Source of the DNA: Octopus vulgaris
Lineage: Eukaryota
DNA: 64,000 nt
Reading direction: 5' to 3'
NCBI GenBank assembly: GCA_951406725.2
Contig: OX597815.1
Coordinates: forward strand, 50,964,001-51,028,000
Positions 26,417 through 40,185 of this stretch are shown one piece after another. The notes below the pieces were generated by a model. It searched no databases, was not told the DNA's origin, and saw only the letters and a list, made by a program, of their open reading frames with translations. Position 1 is the stretch's first letter. Each line of letters begins with the position of its first letter. A program made the translations under genes and the position numbers.

Positions 26417-27685
26417 TAAATAAATACATTATATTTAGTAAAATAAAGAAAAAAGGGGCAGAGATTTCCTTCAATTCTTTTAAAGAAAAAAATAAAGTTA
26501 CTCAACAATAACTAAAGGTTACAGAAAAATCCAGAAGTTGTCAGTCAGTGAAGATTAATAAAAAGGCATTTCAGTTTCTGATTCCCAGGTTTCACATAAT
26601 GTAAGACCTATCACAGTCCAGTAATTTCACCTACTATACAAGGTGGCAAGCTGGCAGAATTGTTAGAATGCTGGGCAAAATGCCTAGCAGCATTTTGTAC
26701 ATCTTCATGTTCTGAGTTCAAATGCAGCCAAGGTCAACTTCGCCTTTCATCCTTTTCAGGTCAATAAAAAAAGTACCAGTCAAATATTGGGGTTGATGTA
26801 ATTGACTTGCCCCACCCTCGAAATTTCTGGCCCTGTGCTAAAATTTGAAACCTATATCTCTTATTATATAAGAAAGGCCTAATAGCAACTATATGTCTTC
26901 AAAGGATGCTGTAGAAAGTGAAGTGATATCCTTCAGAGACATAAACCTCCAGTCATGTGCATTATTGGATGAAACTGCATCAGTGAAGTTCCATAAAGTC
27001 AAGCCTAATGGAGAACTTGCTATTCATCTTAACATGAATAGCAAGAAATAGCAGCCAAATTTCACCCAAATCACACCAAATAACATCATTTTCCATGCTG
27101 GTCTCTGTTGGATGGGTTGATATGCTGCAAGCCAGTTCTTACTCAAAGACAATACCCGCCAGTGGTCAAGGGACCACACTTCATCATCATCATCAGCAGC
27201 AGCATTGTCATCACCTTTGTTGTCAGCATCATCATCATTGTTTTAACATTCATTTTTCTATACTTGCCTGGGTTTGGGTAGAATTTGTCCTATGACCAGG
27301 TACCTTTTCTGTTACCAAGCCGCATCTATTTCTAAGTGAAGTAATATTTCCCTATAACCAGACATCTTAGCACAGAAGACTGGAAGTGAAGGACACTGCT
27401 TGCATGACAGAGATACCCATTTACAAATTTCAAGTAATGTCAAGGTAAGAAAGGTAGGATGGAAGGAAGGATGGAAGGAAGGAAGGAAAGGAAGGAAGGA
27501 AAGGAAGCATGATATAGTATGCAAGAAAGTTCTCTGAATTGCAGATACAGTCCACCTGAAAGACTTCTACACAATATTTTCATCAACCTATTTTCACCCA
27601 CAACGCTTGGACCAATGTAAGGTTCTGTTCTGGGATCAAATCTAGATTACAAAACCAACTTCTCATTGACTCTGCTGCACTAGTA

Positions 27686-27751
<66 letters not shown>

Positions 27752-28639
27752 GCACGCATGCACACACTTTCACTTTTTCTCCCTCTCTTTCCCACCCTCC
27801 CTCTCTCTCTCTCATACACAAACTCAAAGGTAAATGATATGTTGAACCATATGGTCATATAGGTTGAAAGATATCTTGTGTACCTCATGGAAGGCATTAA
27901 GATAAACAACTTCACGTGGTGAAGTTGGATGTTGTCTGAAGTCAATGATGACTGAGAGTGAATTGTTTACATCATTGTTTGTGAGAAGCCAATAACGACT
28001 GAGGCTTAATTTTCCAGTCTGAACAGAATTACTGTATCCATATAGTGCAATAAGCTTAATGGGAAGACTCTGTTAAGATGTGATAAAATTAGAAAGTAAA
28101 CAGATGGATTTGCAGGTTCACTTTTCCAGTATTTTAGTTGTTATTGTTTTTAATCTAAAGTTAGCCTTGTTTAAACACACCTACAATCAAAGGCATTCCA
28201 ATCTGCTTTTCATGTATATATTATATCCATGAGTACATTATCCAATGTATCTCTAAAGTTTTTTATAACTGTAAAGCTTGTGGTATTGGAAGGGTACCCA
28301 ACCACAGAAGCATGCCAAAATGTGACTGTGTAATAAGAAGTTTGCTTTCCAATCTCATGGTGTCAGGATCAATTTCATAGCATGGTACTTTTGGGCAAGA
28401 GTTTTGTATTATGGGCCCAACCAAAACCTTGTGAGTGGGTTTGGTAACATTGAATGTGTGTGTACATATACACATATGTATACGTGTGTGTGTGTGTGCT
28501 TCTGTGTAACTGTCTTCTTACCAGGCTGTCGTTCCTGTAAAGGGCTGACCTGTTTAGATGTGTGCGTTTCTTGAGGATATCCAGAATAAATTACACGACA
28601 AGGTTGGTGATCTCAGCCCCATTGTAGCTCCCTGTAGAA

Positions 28640-29470
28640 ACATCGAACAATGGATTTCCTTCTTTATTTACACAGAAGGAATCGTCATGAACCAGGATTG
28701 ACTTTTTAGCGTTCATAATGACACTGACATCTTAAGCCATATGGTGGCCACACCATGGACAAGTTTAGTAAGGACCTGATTCTTCAAAGAATTCGGCCTG
28801 TTCAAAACAATTACCACTAACTTGACCACAATCGACTTTCTAGACGTGACCCTAGTCCTGAAAACCGCTAAACAATACCATTACAGGAAGTCCAAGGAGA
28901 GGAAACTATGTACATCCACAGAAGTTCAAATTACCTCCACCACTGTAATTAGAAACCCAGTTCCAGGTGTTAGCAGAATATATAAGCTTTCAACCAATAA
29001 GGTCTTGAATAGGGCTTCCCCCTACAATGATGCATTGTTGAGTGGATTTTCTGAAACATTAGCATATATGTAGGACCAAAATCTCATCCTGTACCTGAAG
29101 AGGACTAGAAAAAAAAATATAATCTAGTTCAACCCTCCATAAGTACTTTAAGCTTTTAAACCCACATAATGTGAAGATGAGCTATTCCAGCTTAGAAAGC
29201 ATCACTTCTAACATTTCATGCTATGACAGATGCAAACATGCATCTGCACAACATCCAACCCCAACCTGTAATCGTCGAAATCCTACCAGCTGCCTCCTAG
29301 GAGAATCTTGTCTTTTAAGGGCTGTAGTCTACATAACCACCCTCACACCTGCTGATGACATCACAAGATGCTATACTGGCATCGCAGTAAGTAATTTCAT
29401 GGGAATGTACATGCAGCATATGCATTTGCTTAGAATCAGGAATAGAGAGAAGTCCACCTCTTTATCTCAT
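28640..29470 (+). mobile_element. Decayed Penelope-like element, RT + linker + GIY-YIG
   Basis: IDFLDVTL...ASPYNDAL; KMSYSSLESITSNIS; TCNRRNPTSCLLGESCL...VVY...YTG...KSTSLS. Confidence 0.85.
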
Positions 29471-29791
29471 TTGCTCTGTTTTGTGCTCTGTTGTCTAAAT
29501 CGTAAACTCCCAATCTTAATGTCCACAAAATTATGATAAATAACAATCACAAGTTTCTGTCAAAAAATATAAACTATGCTACAGAATAATATATTTCCCA
29601 TAGTTTATATTTTTTGTCAGAAACTTGTGATTGTTATTTATCATAATTTTGTGGACATTAAGATTGGGAGTTTACTATTCAGACAACAGAGCACAAAACA
29701 GAGGAAATGAGATAAAGAGGTGGAATTCTCTCTATTCCTGATTCTAAGCAAATGCATATGCTGCATGTACCTTCCCCTGAAATTACTTACT
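29386..29791. repeat. Foldback palindrome, ~193-bp arms, 20-bp spacer
   Basis: 29386-29578 is the reverse complement of 29599-29791 with only scattered mismatches. Confidence 0.95.
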
Positions 29792-30582
29792 TCATTTTAA
29801 TAAATAGTCATTTTTTGGTACAAAGTTATTTTGACAAAAATGTTGTTCCTATGGAAAGTTGTTTGTGATGAAAATCACTCACTGAAAAGTTTTTTGATAG
29901 AAATTCATGGTATCACACGCGCGTGTGTGTGTGTGCATGCATTTGTCTGCAGTTTGAAAATGAAATACCAGCATATCACATAAACAAAACCTATATATAT
30001 GCATGCTCACACACATGCACACACATGTACACACACATGCACACATGCACACATGCACACACACACACACATGCACGCACACATATAAGGGAGTGGTGTA
30101 TTCAAGTGAGTGTGTGTTTGTGCACATAAGAATATTATGAAATGCATATTATATGTATCCAACAGAAAAAGTTTTCTCATTCCTTCAGCTATTGTCTAAT
30201 TATAGTCACTTTTAAAACATGGAAAGAGATAAATATATCTCAACCAATATTCACTGAACTTCCCTTCTTTCAGTTAATACCAACCAATGTGGCTTTAATG
30301 AAGCAAAATCTACAAGCAATTCATCTTATGATATCAGCTTTGCTTCATTAAGCAAACCTTCTGACAAAGATCATTCAAATAAAGTATTTTCTTCAACTTT
30401 TAATGCATCTCTGCATACTACTTATATACTGCTGAAACAACACTGCAAGTCTTCATGAAAGATGCATTTGAAACCTCAGTGAAGGGTTCACAAGTCTTTA
30501 TGTAGTATATCTAGTTTTTGTGGTGGGCCTAACACACCACCTATTTCAAGTTAACTCAGCTCTGAAGCAAACATTAACATTA

Positions 30583-31824
30583 TGAGGGTCAGCTGAAAAG
30601 TTCATAAGCTGATCAAGATATTCTCATGGAATGTGACCAAATGGGGTTTATTTTTCAACATTGTCCCCCTTATGGTACACACACTTCTTCTGTCGGTGTT
30701 GCAGTGCTTGAATACCATTGGTGAAGAAGCTTTCATCCTGTTGGTCAAGAAAGCATCAACAGCAGATATGATGTCATCATCGCTGCGATGCTGGTTCCCA
30801 ACCAAAGATTTTTCCGTGTTGGAAAACAAATGATAGTTAGATGGGGCCAGATCAGAGGAGTAGTGATAATGGTTAACTAGTTGAAAGCCACAGTCATGCA
30901 CAGAAACCATTGAACCCAAAGACTTGTGTGCTGGAGCATTGTATTGATGAAACAGAACCTCTTTTCTTTTAGTTTTTGTAAGTGTTTTGTGTTGATTTCC
31001 TTTTGTAACTGCCTCAACTAGTTGGCATCATACTCTACATTGATGGTCTGGCCCTTTTCAAGATAGTCAATAAACACAATGCCTTTTGCATTCCAAAAAC
31101 CTGAGGCCATCACCTTCCCTGCAGGTGAAACGACCCTGGCCTTCTTTGGAGTAGTTGAGAAGTTGGGTGTTTCCACTGCATGGAATGTCTCTTTGTTTTT
31201 GGCTCAAAGTGATGAAAGCAACACTCATCCTGGGTTATGAAACATTCAAGGAAACTAGCTGGATCTGCCTCAAACAATGTCAAATTTTCCCATGACGTGC
31301 TCAGCCAGGTGGCAGAAACCTTCATCATGCCAAGTTACGTAGGCAGAATATTCTCAACTCTCTCATGGGATATACTCATGGCGTTGGCTATTTGATTTAT
31401 GTCATCCATCACCATATGGTGAACACTATCAATGTTTTCCTCCAGGTGGCAGTTGTAGGGTGTCCAAACTTTTGGGTTATCTTTAAGACTCTTCCCTCCC
31501 CTCATAACTTCAGCTACCCACTTTTACATTGTTGATAAAGCTGGAGCATCATCTCCTAATGTAGCAACCATGCCAGTGTGACTGCCCTTGGAGACTAAAG
31601 CATTTTTCTGCAGGTATTTGATAACACTATGATGCCAAATTTTGTCCATTTTCAAGAGAAGTCATTGCTAGTTACTTTTGAAGTCTTCTTTGAACAGTTA
31701 GATGTCAGTTAAGTTGGAAACAAATAATTCAGTTATTAATAAGAAGAACTGAAATGAATGCATGCAAGATTTCACATCCCTAGCATCACTCCTCATAGCC
31801 TATAAACTTTTCAGCCCACCCTTG
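30583..31824 (-). mobile_element. Full-length decayed mariner (Tc1/mariner) transposon
   Basis: TA|tgagggtcagctgaaaagttcataagct ... agcctataaacttttcagcccacccttg|TA; about 1.24 kb. Confidence 0.9.
30648..31649 (-). pseudogene. Mariner transposase pseudogene (frameshifted)
   Basis: ATG MDKIWHHSVIKYLQK; ITQDECCFHHFEPKTKRHSMQWKHP; HYHYSSDLAPSNYHLF (cf. HPPYSPDLAPSDYHLF). Confidence 0.9.
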
Positions 31825-33026
31825 TAAACTCCACTTCTCTCCCTAGCCAGATTTTCCTTTCAGATACTGACTTAGCTCTTCAAGTTGGACACCTTGTTTC
31901 ATTCTCATCACTCTTGAAGGACCTGAAGATGTCAACAAATATGCTCCTCGCTCTTCTGTGTATCTTTTAAAAAAAAACCAATAAATAACTAACTTTTGAT
32001 CAACTTTCGACTGTAATCTTTTTTTTTTTTTTAAATTAAGCTTAATTTTAATTATGATTGTTAGAGGTCAATTAATGAATGTTCTTCAGTTTAGCAATTA
32101 AAAACACAAGTATATTTTGAAAATAACCATGTTTAATGCAATGTTGTTATACAATATTGCAATATTGGAAACAACTGTTACTTCAAATTTCAAAACCAGG
32201 TTTCAAACAGAGAAACCCATTCACACTGAAATTTTAAAGTGACTGTAGTCTCTAACATTGAATAAATATAAATGCCAATGAAAATTCCAGTGATAATAAG
32301 CAACTGAGATGATTCACTTCAAGTTGCAGATATAAGTTACTATATTTTGTTCTGTCAACAGAATTAGTTCCAATATCATGTCAAGAATATTTAGTAGCAA
32401 AAAAAAAAAAACTTAAAATAAACCATTTCTTCAATACACTTTCTTTTGTAGAAGAGAAAAATATGCAGATTATAAAAGTTTTTCCTTGAGATATGTTGTT
32501 CAGTATTCAAATGTAACAAAAAGTTGCAGGTTTTTCCTTTCCATTGACTATATATTTGTAAGGATGTTGTTCACAGTGGAAGAGAGTGATTTTACATAAG
32601 AAAATATAATGCAAATGACATAATATTTGTGGATATACAAATAGGAGACAAAACATTGTAGATGTAGAGCTGCAGCTACAATATATTCAATACAATTAGA
32701 ATCCCAGGAAATATTTCAGTCACCTACCGGATAAAGAGTATATTAAGCAAATAATTAAATTAGAAGATGCTGACACAAAATATTATGATAAAGCAATCTT
32801 TTCTAAGACATTCAGCAATTTTTTAAGGTTGATATAAGAAAGAGATTTATGATTGAGGAAGGAGAAAGAAAAGCATACAAAAATTCAATGGTTTTAACTT
32901 GGGAAAACAGTCATTGATTAATCACTGGGGAGTACAATATATTATACCCATAGAATTGTAAGATGCTACCTATGGTGAATGGAACAGAAAATTGAATGGA
33001 ATTTAGAATTCAATGGAGCAGTCAAT

Positions 33027-34129
33027 ATTCTAAGCAAAATTATGAAACAACAGCAAGGCCTGAAATTTGTGGGAGAATGTAGTCAATTACCTCAACCCCA
33101 GTACTTGACTGGTACTTACTTCATCGACCCTGAAAGGATGAAAGGCAAAGTTATCTTCAGTGGAAGTTGAACTCAAAACATATGTTTGTATGCATGTGCG
33201 TGCATGTGTGTGTGTGCGGGCATGTGTGTGTGTGTATGCATGTATGTACATAGCTCAGTGGTTAGAGCGTCGAGCTTACGGTTGTGAGGTTGTGAGTTCA
33301 AATCCCGGACCAGGCTGCATGTTGTGTTCTTGAGCAAGACACTTTGTTTCACGTTGCTCCAGTACACTCAGCTGTAGAAATGAGTTGTGACGTCACAGGT
33401 GCCACGCTGTATCTGCTGTTGCCTTTCCCTTGGATAATACTGGTGGCATGGAGAGGAGTGGCTGGTATGCATGGGCGACTGCTGGTCTTCCATAAACAAC
33501 CTTGCCCGGACTTGTGCTTGGGAGGGTAACTTTCTAGGTGCAATCTCATGGTCAGTCAGGGGTTCTCAGCTCACATATATATATATATGCACTAACTTTC
33601 TTTCAGTTTCTATTTACCAAATCCACTCACAAGGCTTTGGTCACCCTCAGGTTATAGTATAAGACACATGCCCAAGATGCCAAGCAGTGAAACTGACCAC
33701 AGAACCAAGTGGCTAGGAAACAAACTTCCAAAAAACAAGATGTCTTCACAAATAGTTCTGAGTAGCTTAAAATGATATGGTACCACACACAGAAATGAGA
33801 GAGAAAATTAGAAAATAGAAGAGTTTGTCAAAAAAATGAAAGCTTGAAATAAAGTAATAGCTATAAATATTTTAGCCATCTCAGTTTTAAACTAGTTTCA
33901 ACATAATACACTGAAAGTTAAGTAAATTGAACAGCTTAAACAGGAAAATGACTCAAGTACTACTTGTAGTGTTCAGAAGCCACTCAGAAGCTGATATGAA
34001 TATAATATGCCAGTCCAGCATGAAGAGAGGATGGAATCTGATACAAATAGAAAATCATTACAACATAATAACAGGGGGACTAGAAATGTTAAGCAAAGAA
34101 ATGAAATAGATTAGTGTAATAAGCAATTT
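33027..34129 (+). repeat. Inverted duplication, left copy (partner 37553-38353)
   Basis: Non-repetitive core ~33730-34129 is nearly identical to the reverse complement of 37553-37953; near-identical ORFs 33927-34109(+) and 37568-37756(-). Confidence 0.95.
33250..33570 (+). mobile_element. tRNA-derived SINE family C, full length
   Basis: tagctcagtggttagagc (A box)...gagttcaaatccc (B box), then gtgttcttgagcaagacact...cactcagctgtagaaatgagt central domain. Confidence 0.85.
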
Positions 34130-34324
34130 GATGGGCGGGGAGTAGTATCTGAGTTAATTTTTTAAAATGGCATTTTTATAAATATTGCTGTTAGTAATTG
34201 TTTATCACTGCAAGTGGTAGAATAAACAAGCTCTTTTTTCAAAAAGAAAACAAAATAATTTGTGCCATAACATCTTTCCAGGGGTTTCTCTTAATAATTT
34301 TTTTTTTGTAGAAATTTAATGTAA

Positions 34325-34543
34325 CCCTTTAGCAGTTAAACCAACTATATCAGGTCCAAAAATTGTACCTGTTTTTATGCTCGAACTGGTTGGCTCTGGC
34401 CTTTCATGTCTACCTGACAATGTCATTCAAAAATAAACATTCATATCATTGAAACCTCAAAACTATAAGATAATGCATGATATTTCAAAACCATGTAAAT
34501 GAATATGTATTACATTTCACAGAGTAATCTGAAGTGTAAAGGG
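34325..34543. mobile_element. piggyBac-like MITE (CCC...GGG ends, decayed TTAA sites)
   Basis: gtaa|ccctttagca ... tgtaaaggg|tcaa; second copy at 62714-62924 flanked by TTAA. Confidence 0.7.
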
Positions 34544-36304
34544 TCAACGTATCTTATCTACCACATTATCTCACAAAATTTATTTAATTACAGCATTTAA
34601 CCAAAACTAAGAAATTAAATAGGTTGATACAATTTTTTAAATAAAAAAGTATTTTCATAAGGATATCATTTCAAAATGTTGCCATCAATTTTTACTAGTT
34701 ACTTCCTTACATCATACACCAAGTGCTGAAAAAAAAGATGATATAAATGTTTGTATAAATATTATTTTAATGTAATACTTGTTATTTTTGTAATCCTAAC
34801 ATGTCATAGATATAGACATTAGACTTTCTCTACAGACTTGATAAATTTTGTTAATCTCCCAGGTACTGAGAGACATGTTGAACTATGTGACATGGGTTCA
34901 ATTCCTATGTTCTTCTAATTAAACTTTAGTATAGATATAGTTTACCACATGCAATCAGCAACTTCCTTCTGATCTGGATTCATTGATCATTAAAACAAAC
35001 ATTAAAGCTATGTTTCTATATTTCCTTAGTCAAGTTGTTATTACTTTACACAAGAGACTTTATTCTCCTTTGATTTTTTTTTTTCACAGCCAGGCTTATT
35101 TATAATCTGAAACTGTTCAAGGGCGATCCATTTTTATATTGGAAAGTCAGTCTTCAGAGATTAGCATCCCTTAATGAATTGAGTTCCTCATATAATTTAT
35201 CTATCCGTTACCATATTTTGCTTTACTTTATTTACGTAAATTTTTCAGTAATAATGATCGTCATCATTGTCGTTGTCACCATTGTCATCGTCGTCACTGT
35301 CGTTGTCATCGTCGTCGTCATCATCATCATCATGATCATCACCACCAATACTCTTGCTTTAAAATTAGAGTACTTACCATTCTCAATACTTCTAACTCTG
35401 ATCTCCTTTTTGTTTTTACTTCTTCTACAGATCCATTTTGTCTTCATATTTAGAGAGAAATAAGGAACATATCACTGGTGAGGTCATGAATACCAGTGAA
35501 AGAACTTTGAGAAACAACTGATTGATTGCTTAACCAACATATTAAACAAACGATCGATTAGTTAGTTGGTTACATATTTACCCATTTGACTAATAATAAA
35601 GATGTAATATTGAACCGGTGCTTGTTTATTATTACTGATGTAATAACCCTCTCAAGACAGAACAAGATACAAATTCATCACTCTTACTCTAATCTGTATT
35701 TATATGATTTAATTTAAATCAATTCACTTTAAATCTATTAAATATGTATCTCAATTATGTAATTATGCATGTACTGATGTTTATCTTTATGAAACAGCTG
35801 TTGAACATAAAATTGCCATCTGTTTATCACACTTCAATATTTGTTATCTTTGATTTTAAAGCAGAGTTGTGAGGGTGTTGTATAGGAGACTTGTTGCATA
35901 GGACACTCTCGATGATCTGAGTTCAAATGCTGGTAAGGTAATTTTTTCCTTTTGTTCTTTTGGAATCAATAAGAAAATGTGCTAATCCAGGATGGTGGAC
36001 TGATGGATTAGAAGACCTCCAAAAGTATCCAACTGGATACCTTGTTATAAATGATCTGGTCTTTTGCATTTTTAGTTCAAATCTAGTTATGCCCTACACA
36101 AGTGATGTGCACAATCCATCATCTGTTGTAACATCACCATGTGGTATCTTGAGTACTTTTGTTCCCTCCTCTCATTCTGTTGCAAGCACTGAAGTCAGAA
36201 TTCTGGTTTGATACATATCTTCCCACCCATCTTGGAAGCTCTATAAATGGTATTGGGCTCTGCTTTCCCTCTTAACAAAAAGATAAAAAAGAAATTATAT
36301 ATTT

Positions 36305-36607
36305 AGGTACAAACATGGCTGTGTGGTAAGAAGTTTGATTCCCAACCACATGGTTCCATGTTCAGTCCCACTGTGTTATATTCACTATAACCTCCACCTG
36401 AGGTCTTCCACTACCACTTGACAACTGATGCTGGTGTCTTTATGTTCCCGTAACATAGCAGTTTGACAAAAGATACCTATGGAATAAATACCATGCTTAG
36501 AAAACAAAAATATGTACTGGGACTGTTCCATTCAACTGAAAATTCTTCAAGACATTACCTCAGCATGGCTGCAGTCTAATGACTGAAGCAAATGAAAGAT
36601 AAAAGAT
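36305..36607 (+). mobile_element. SINE family A (internally deleted)
   Basis: Head catggctgtgtggtaagaagtttg and tail gcagtctaatgactgaagc...gataaaagata. Confidence 0.8.
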
Positions 36608-36609
36608 AC

Positions 36610-37060
36610 ACAATGCCTCGATTATTATTGCTATTGTTCCCACTTTCATGTCCAACATCCTACCTTTTACATTTCAAGATCCTTGTACATTGGCAGTTTT
36701 GTCATTTGGACAGAAGGATTTGTGACATTTATCACAGTACATTCACTTTCATTTCCTCTTAATAGTTATACATGAATGGTTTACCTTGAACTCTTTGTTC
36801 ATCTGAATGGAAATGGTTGTCGACATAACATGTTGGTACATGTTTATACAACTTCTTATCCATTTTCATGTAGAAGTGTTGGCATATTGCCTGGTTGACA
36901 TGGTTGCTAATTCAGTGATGTCTATGAATATACTTGGCCTTGGCAAAGACTGGAAAACTGGAAATGACGTGGTTAATCATCTCATTGTACTGATTACATA
37001 GTCTTGATTTAATGTTAGCATTTTTTTCCTTTATTTTATTTTTGTGATTGTTGCTGGCTG
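36610..37060 (-). mobile_element. Decayed Dong/R4-type fragment (zinc knuckle + RLE)
   Basis: KSRLCNQYNEMINHVISSFPVFAKAKYIHRH (cf. CRLC..E...H.ISGC..LA...Y..RH), then ICQHFYMKMDKKLYKHVP and YKDLEM. Confidence 0.75.
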
Positions 37061-37552
37061 GAAAATGGTCCCTGCTGGTAACATCAAACCATCTGATACA
37101 GAATTTTAGAGTCATTATTGGCCTTTGTCCTAGTTTACTCCTCTTTGTTGAGTCTTGCAGAGTATTAACCATGGAATGGTTTTCACCTCAATTCTTCCTA
37201 AGTTAATTTTGAATTTCTGTTTTGTTATTGTCTTTTCTTTTCCTTTTTAGCTTGTTTTTTAACTTTTCTTTTAAATCTTTTTCTTTAGCATTGTTAGATT
37301 CCAGTTTGTATTTTATTGTTTCCTTACTGAGTGAAAATGAATTTAATTTTTCTTAATATTGCCTTACTAAAAGGTGGTGAGCTGGCAGAATTATTAGCAT
37401 GTTGGGAAAAATGCTTAGCAGCCTTTCATCTGTCTTTACATTATGAGTTCAAATTCCATGAAGTATGACTTTGTCTTCCATTCTTCCAGTGTTGATAAAT
37501 TGAATACAAGTCGAACACTGGGGTTGATGTAATTGACTTACCCTTCCCCCAT

Positions 37553-38353
37553 AAATTGCTTATTACACTAATCTATTTCCATTTCTTTGCTTAACATTTC
37601 TAGTCCTCCTGTTATTACATTGTAATGATTTTCTATTTGTATCAGATTCCATCCTCTCTTCATGCTGGACTGGCATATTATATTCATATCAGCTTCTGAG
37701 TGGCTTCTGAACACTACAAGTAGTACTTGAGTCATTTTCCTGTTTAAGCTGTTCAATTTACTTAACTTTCAGTGTATTATGTTGAAACTGTAGTTTAAAA
37801 CTGAGATGGCTAAAATATTTATAGCTATTACTTTATTTCAAGCTTTCATTTTTTTGACAAACTCTTCTATTTTCTAATTTTCTCTCTCATTTCTGTGTGT
37901 GGTACCATATCATTTTAAGCTACTCAGAACTATTTGTGAAGACATCTTGTTTTTTAGAAGTTTGTTTCCCAGCCACTTGGTTCTGTGGTCAGTTTCACTG
38001 CATGGCACCTTGTGAGTGGATTTGGTAAATAGAAACTGAAAGAAAACCAGCATGTATGTGTATATGTGTATGTATATATGGTTTTCTTATGTGCCACCGG
38101 CACTGGTACCACAAAACTACAAATTCCATTGATGTTCATCGATTTTGATTTGATTATATATATATATATATATATATAAGCACATACATGCATACATACA
38201 TGCATGCACACACACACGCATGCATGCAGGCACGTGTCGACCTTTCAGGGTCGATGAAATAAGTACCAGTCAAGTACTGGGGTTGAGGTAATTGACTACC
38301 ATTCTCCCATAAAATTTCAGGCCTTGTTGTTGTTTCATAATTTTGCTTAGAAT
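37553..38353 (-). repeat. Inverted duplication, right copy (partner 33027-34129)
   Basis: See left copy. Confidence 0.95.
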
Positions 38354-38761
38354 GCTGGGCAAAATGCTTAGTAGCACTTTGTCCATCTTTACATTGTAAT
38401 TTCAAATTCTGCTATGGTCAACTTTACCATTTATCCTTTTGGGGTCGATAAAACAAGTACCAGTTGGGTACTGAGATCAAAGTAATTGACTTAGCCCTCT
38501 CCAGAAATTGCTGGCCTAGTGCCAAAATTTTAAATCATTCTTACTGACTAACCAGTCAGCCATAAATTGGAACTGGCATTTTAGATTGAGCAAAACTGTG
38601 TACATCATATCTTGAAGAAGTACTGATAACAGTGTGAACTAAAGAATATGCAATCTAAAATATCAGAGACTATGTTTTATGATACTTTAAAAAATACAGA
38701 AATATTTGTGTATGAGTAAAACACTCAGGATTCTGGAGCCATAAAATTGTTTGAAAGATGC

Positions 38762-39376
38762 CAGCATGGCTGCACAATAAGTTTGCTTCCCAGCCACATG
38801 GTTCTGGGTTCAGTTGTATTGCATAGCATACTGGGCAAATGTCTTCTGCTATAGCCTCAGACTGAACAAAGACTTGTGAGTGGATTTGATAGAGAGAAAC
38901 TGAAAGAAGCCCATTGTATATATGTGTGTCTTCTGTGTTTGTGTTTGTGCATCATCACAACTTGACAACTGGTGCTGGTGTGTTTAAATCTCTGTAACTT
39001 AGTGGTTCAACAAAAGATACTGATAGGATAAGTACCAGGATTTAAAAAATTAACTGGGGTTAATGTGTTTGACTATATCTTCCTCTCCCATCAGAGCTTG
39101 CTAGGATTCCACCACGTCTCCTCATGCATTCTGGTCCAACTTGTCTCTCTCTTCCTTTTATCACTCTTGAGTCTCACCCCCCCCCCCCACCCCTGGAGCT
39201 GCACTAGACACTATGCACTGTTCTTCCTTTGAAGGATTGTTAGTCCTTTGGAAATCTCTCTTTGCTTATATCATCCCAGCAGGCATTGACTTGCTATAGT
39301 TCAAACCTTTGAGGACTTACAAAGTGTTGCATCATGGCCACAGTCTAATGACCGAAACAAGTAAAAGCTAAAAGAT
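38762..39376 (+). mobile_element. SINE family A with ~240-bp unrelated insertion (~39075-39315)
   Basis: Family A head and body to tttgact, resuming at gtgttgcatcatggccacagtctaatgaccgaaac. Confidence 0.75.
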
Positions 39377-40185
39377 GTATTTAAAACAAAAACAATAAAA
39401 AACTAGCAAAAAAAGAAACAGAATACAAAGAGAAAATGGTTGACTTTTGAAACAGCTGTCATGGGTAAAACAAAGGAGTTTCTTGAGTCTATTTCTGTTT
39501 TTGTAGTATATTCCATCATTCTGTTGTATCCCACACTCTAAAGCATGTAATTCACATTAAAAAAATTATTTATAAATTACTCTGTCCAGTTCTTCCTTCT
39601 CTGTAAGTTAGAGGCTTACATGTGAATCAATTGTTTTCATATTAAAACAAAAATCAGAAAAATAGAAGACTCAAACATACATATTCTATGCTTCCTCTGT
39701 ACTATTCATATTAATTTCTTTACTAAATAGAACACTGCAAAGCAAGTAGAGTACTCGGGTTTTTGGGTTTTTTTTTTTTTAAACAGCACAATAATATGAA
39801 ATGAATTATCAATATATTATCAATTAGATATGAATTTTAGATCTCTTAAGATAACTTTTATATATTCTAAAGAAAAGAGAATTGGTTTATTGAAGAGAAA
39901 AAAGCAACAATGTCTGTTTATTTGCAGAGATAACAAAATATTTTACAGTTTTTATAGCTTTTTTGTTGTTGGCTAATATTTTTAAAATATTTCTTTTTAA
40001 TTTGTGTGTTTTAGCAATTTTGAGCCATTTTACAGAATTTAGCCATTCTACAATAAATAATTACATCCGTATATACGTCTATTAGTTTGCTGTTGTTTTT
40101 CTTGTTTGTTTGTTAGTTTTGCTGCATGATGTTAAACACAGTACATTAGAGATTTCCTCTATCAATTTTCAATTGCTGTTTTTTT

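Noticed and set aside
33250-33325. tRNA-like sequences here and at 56043-56107
   Set aside because: No complete cloverleaf or acceptor stem, and they continue into repeat bodies; these are SINE heads, not tRNA genes.
33927-34109. ORF present twice (also 37568-37756), suggesting a duplicated gene
   Set aside because: Non-ATG start, no motifs; identity is explained by the recent inverted duplication.
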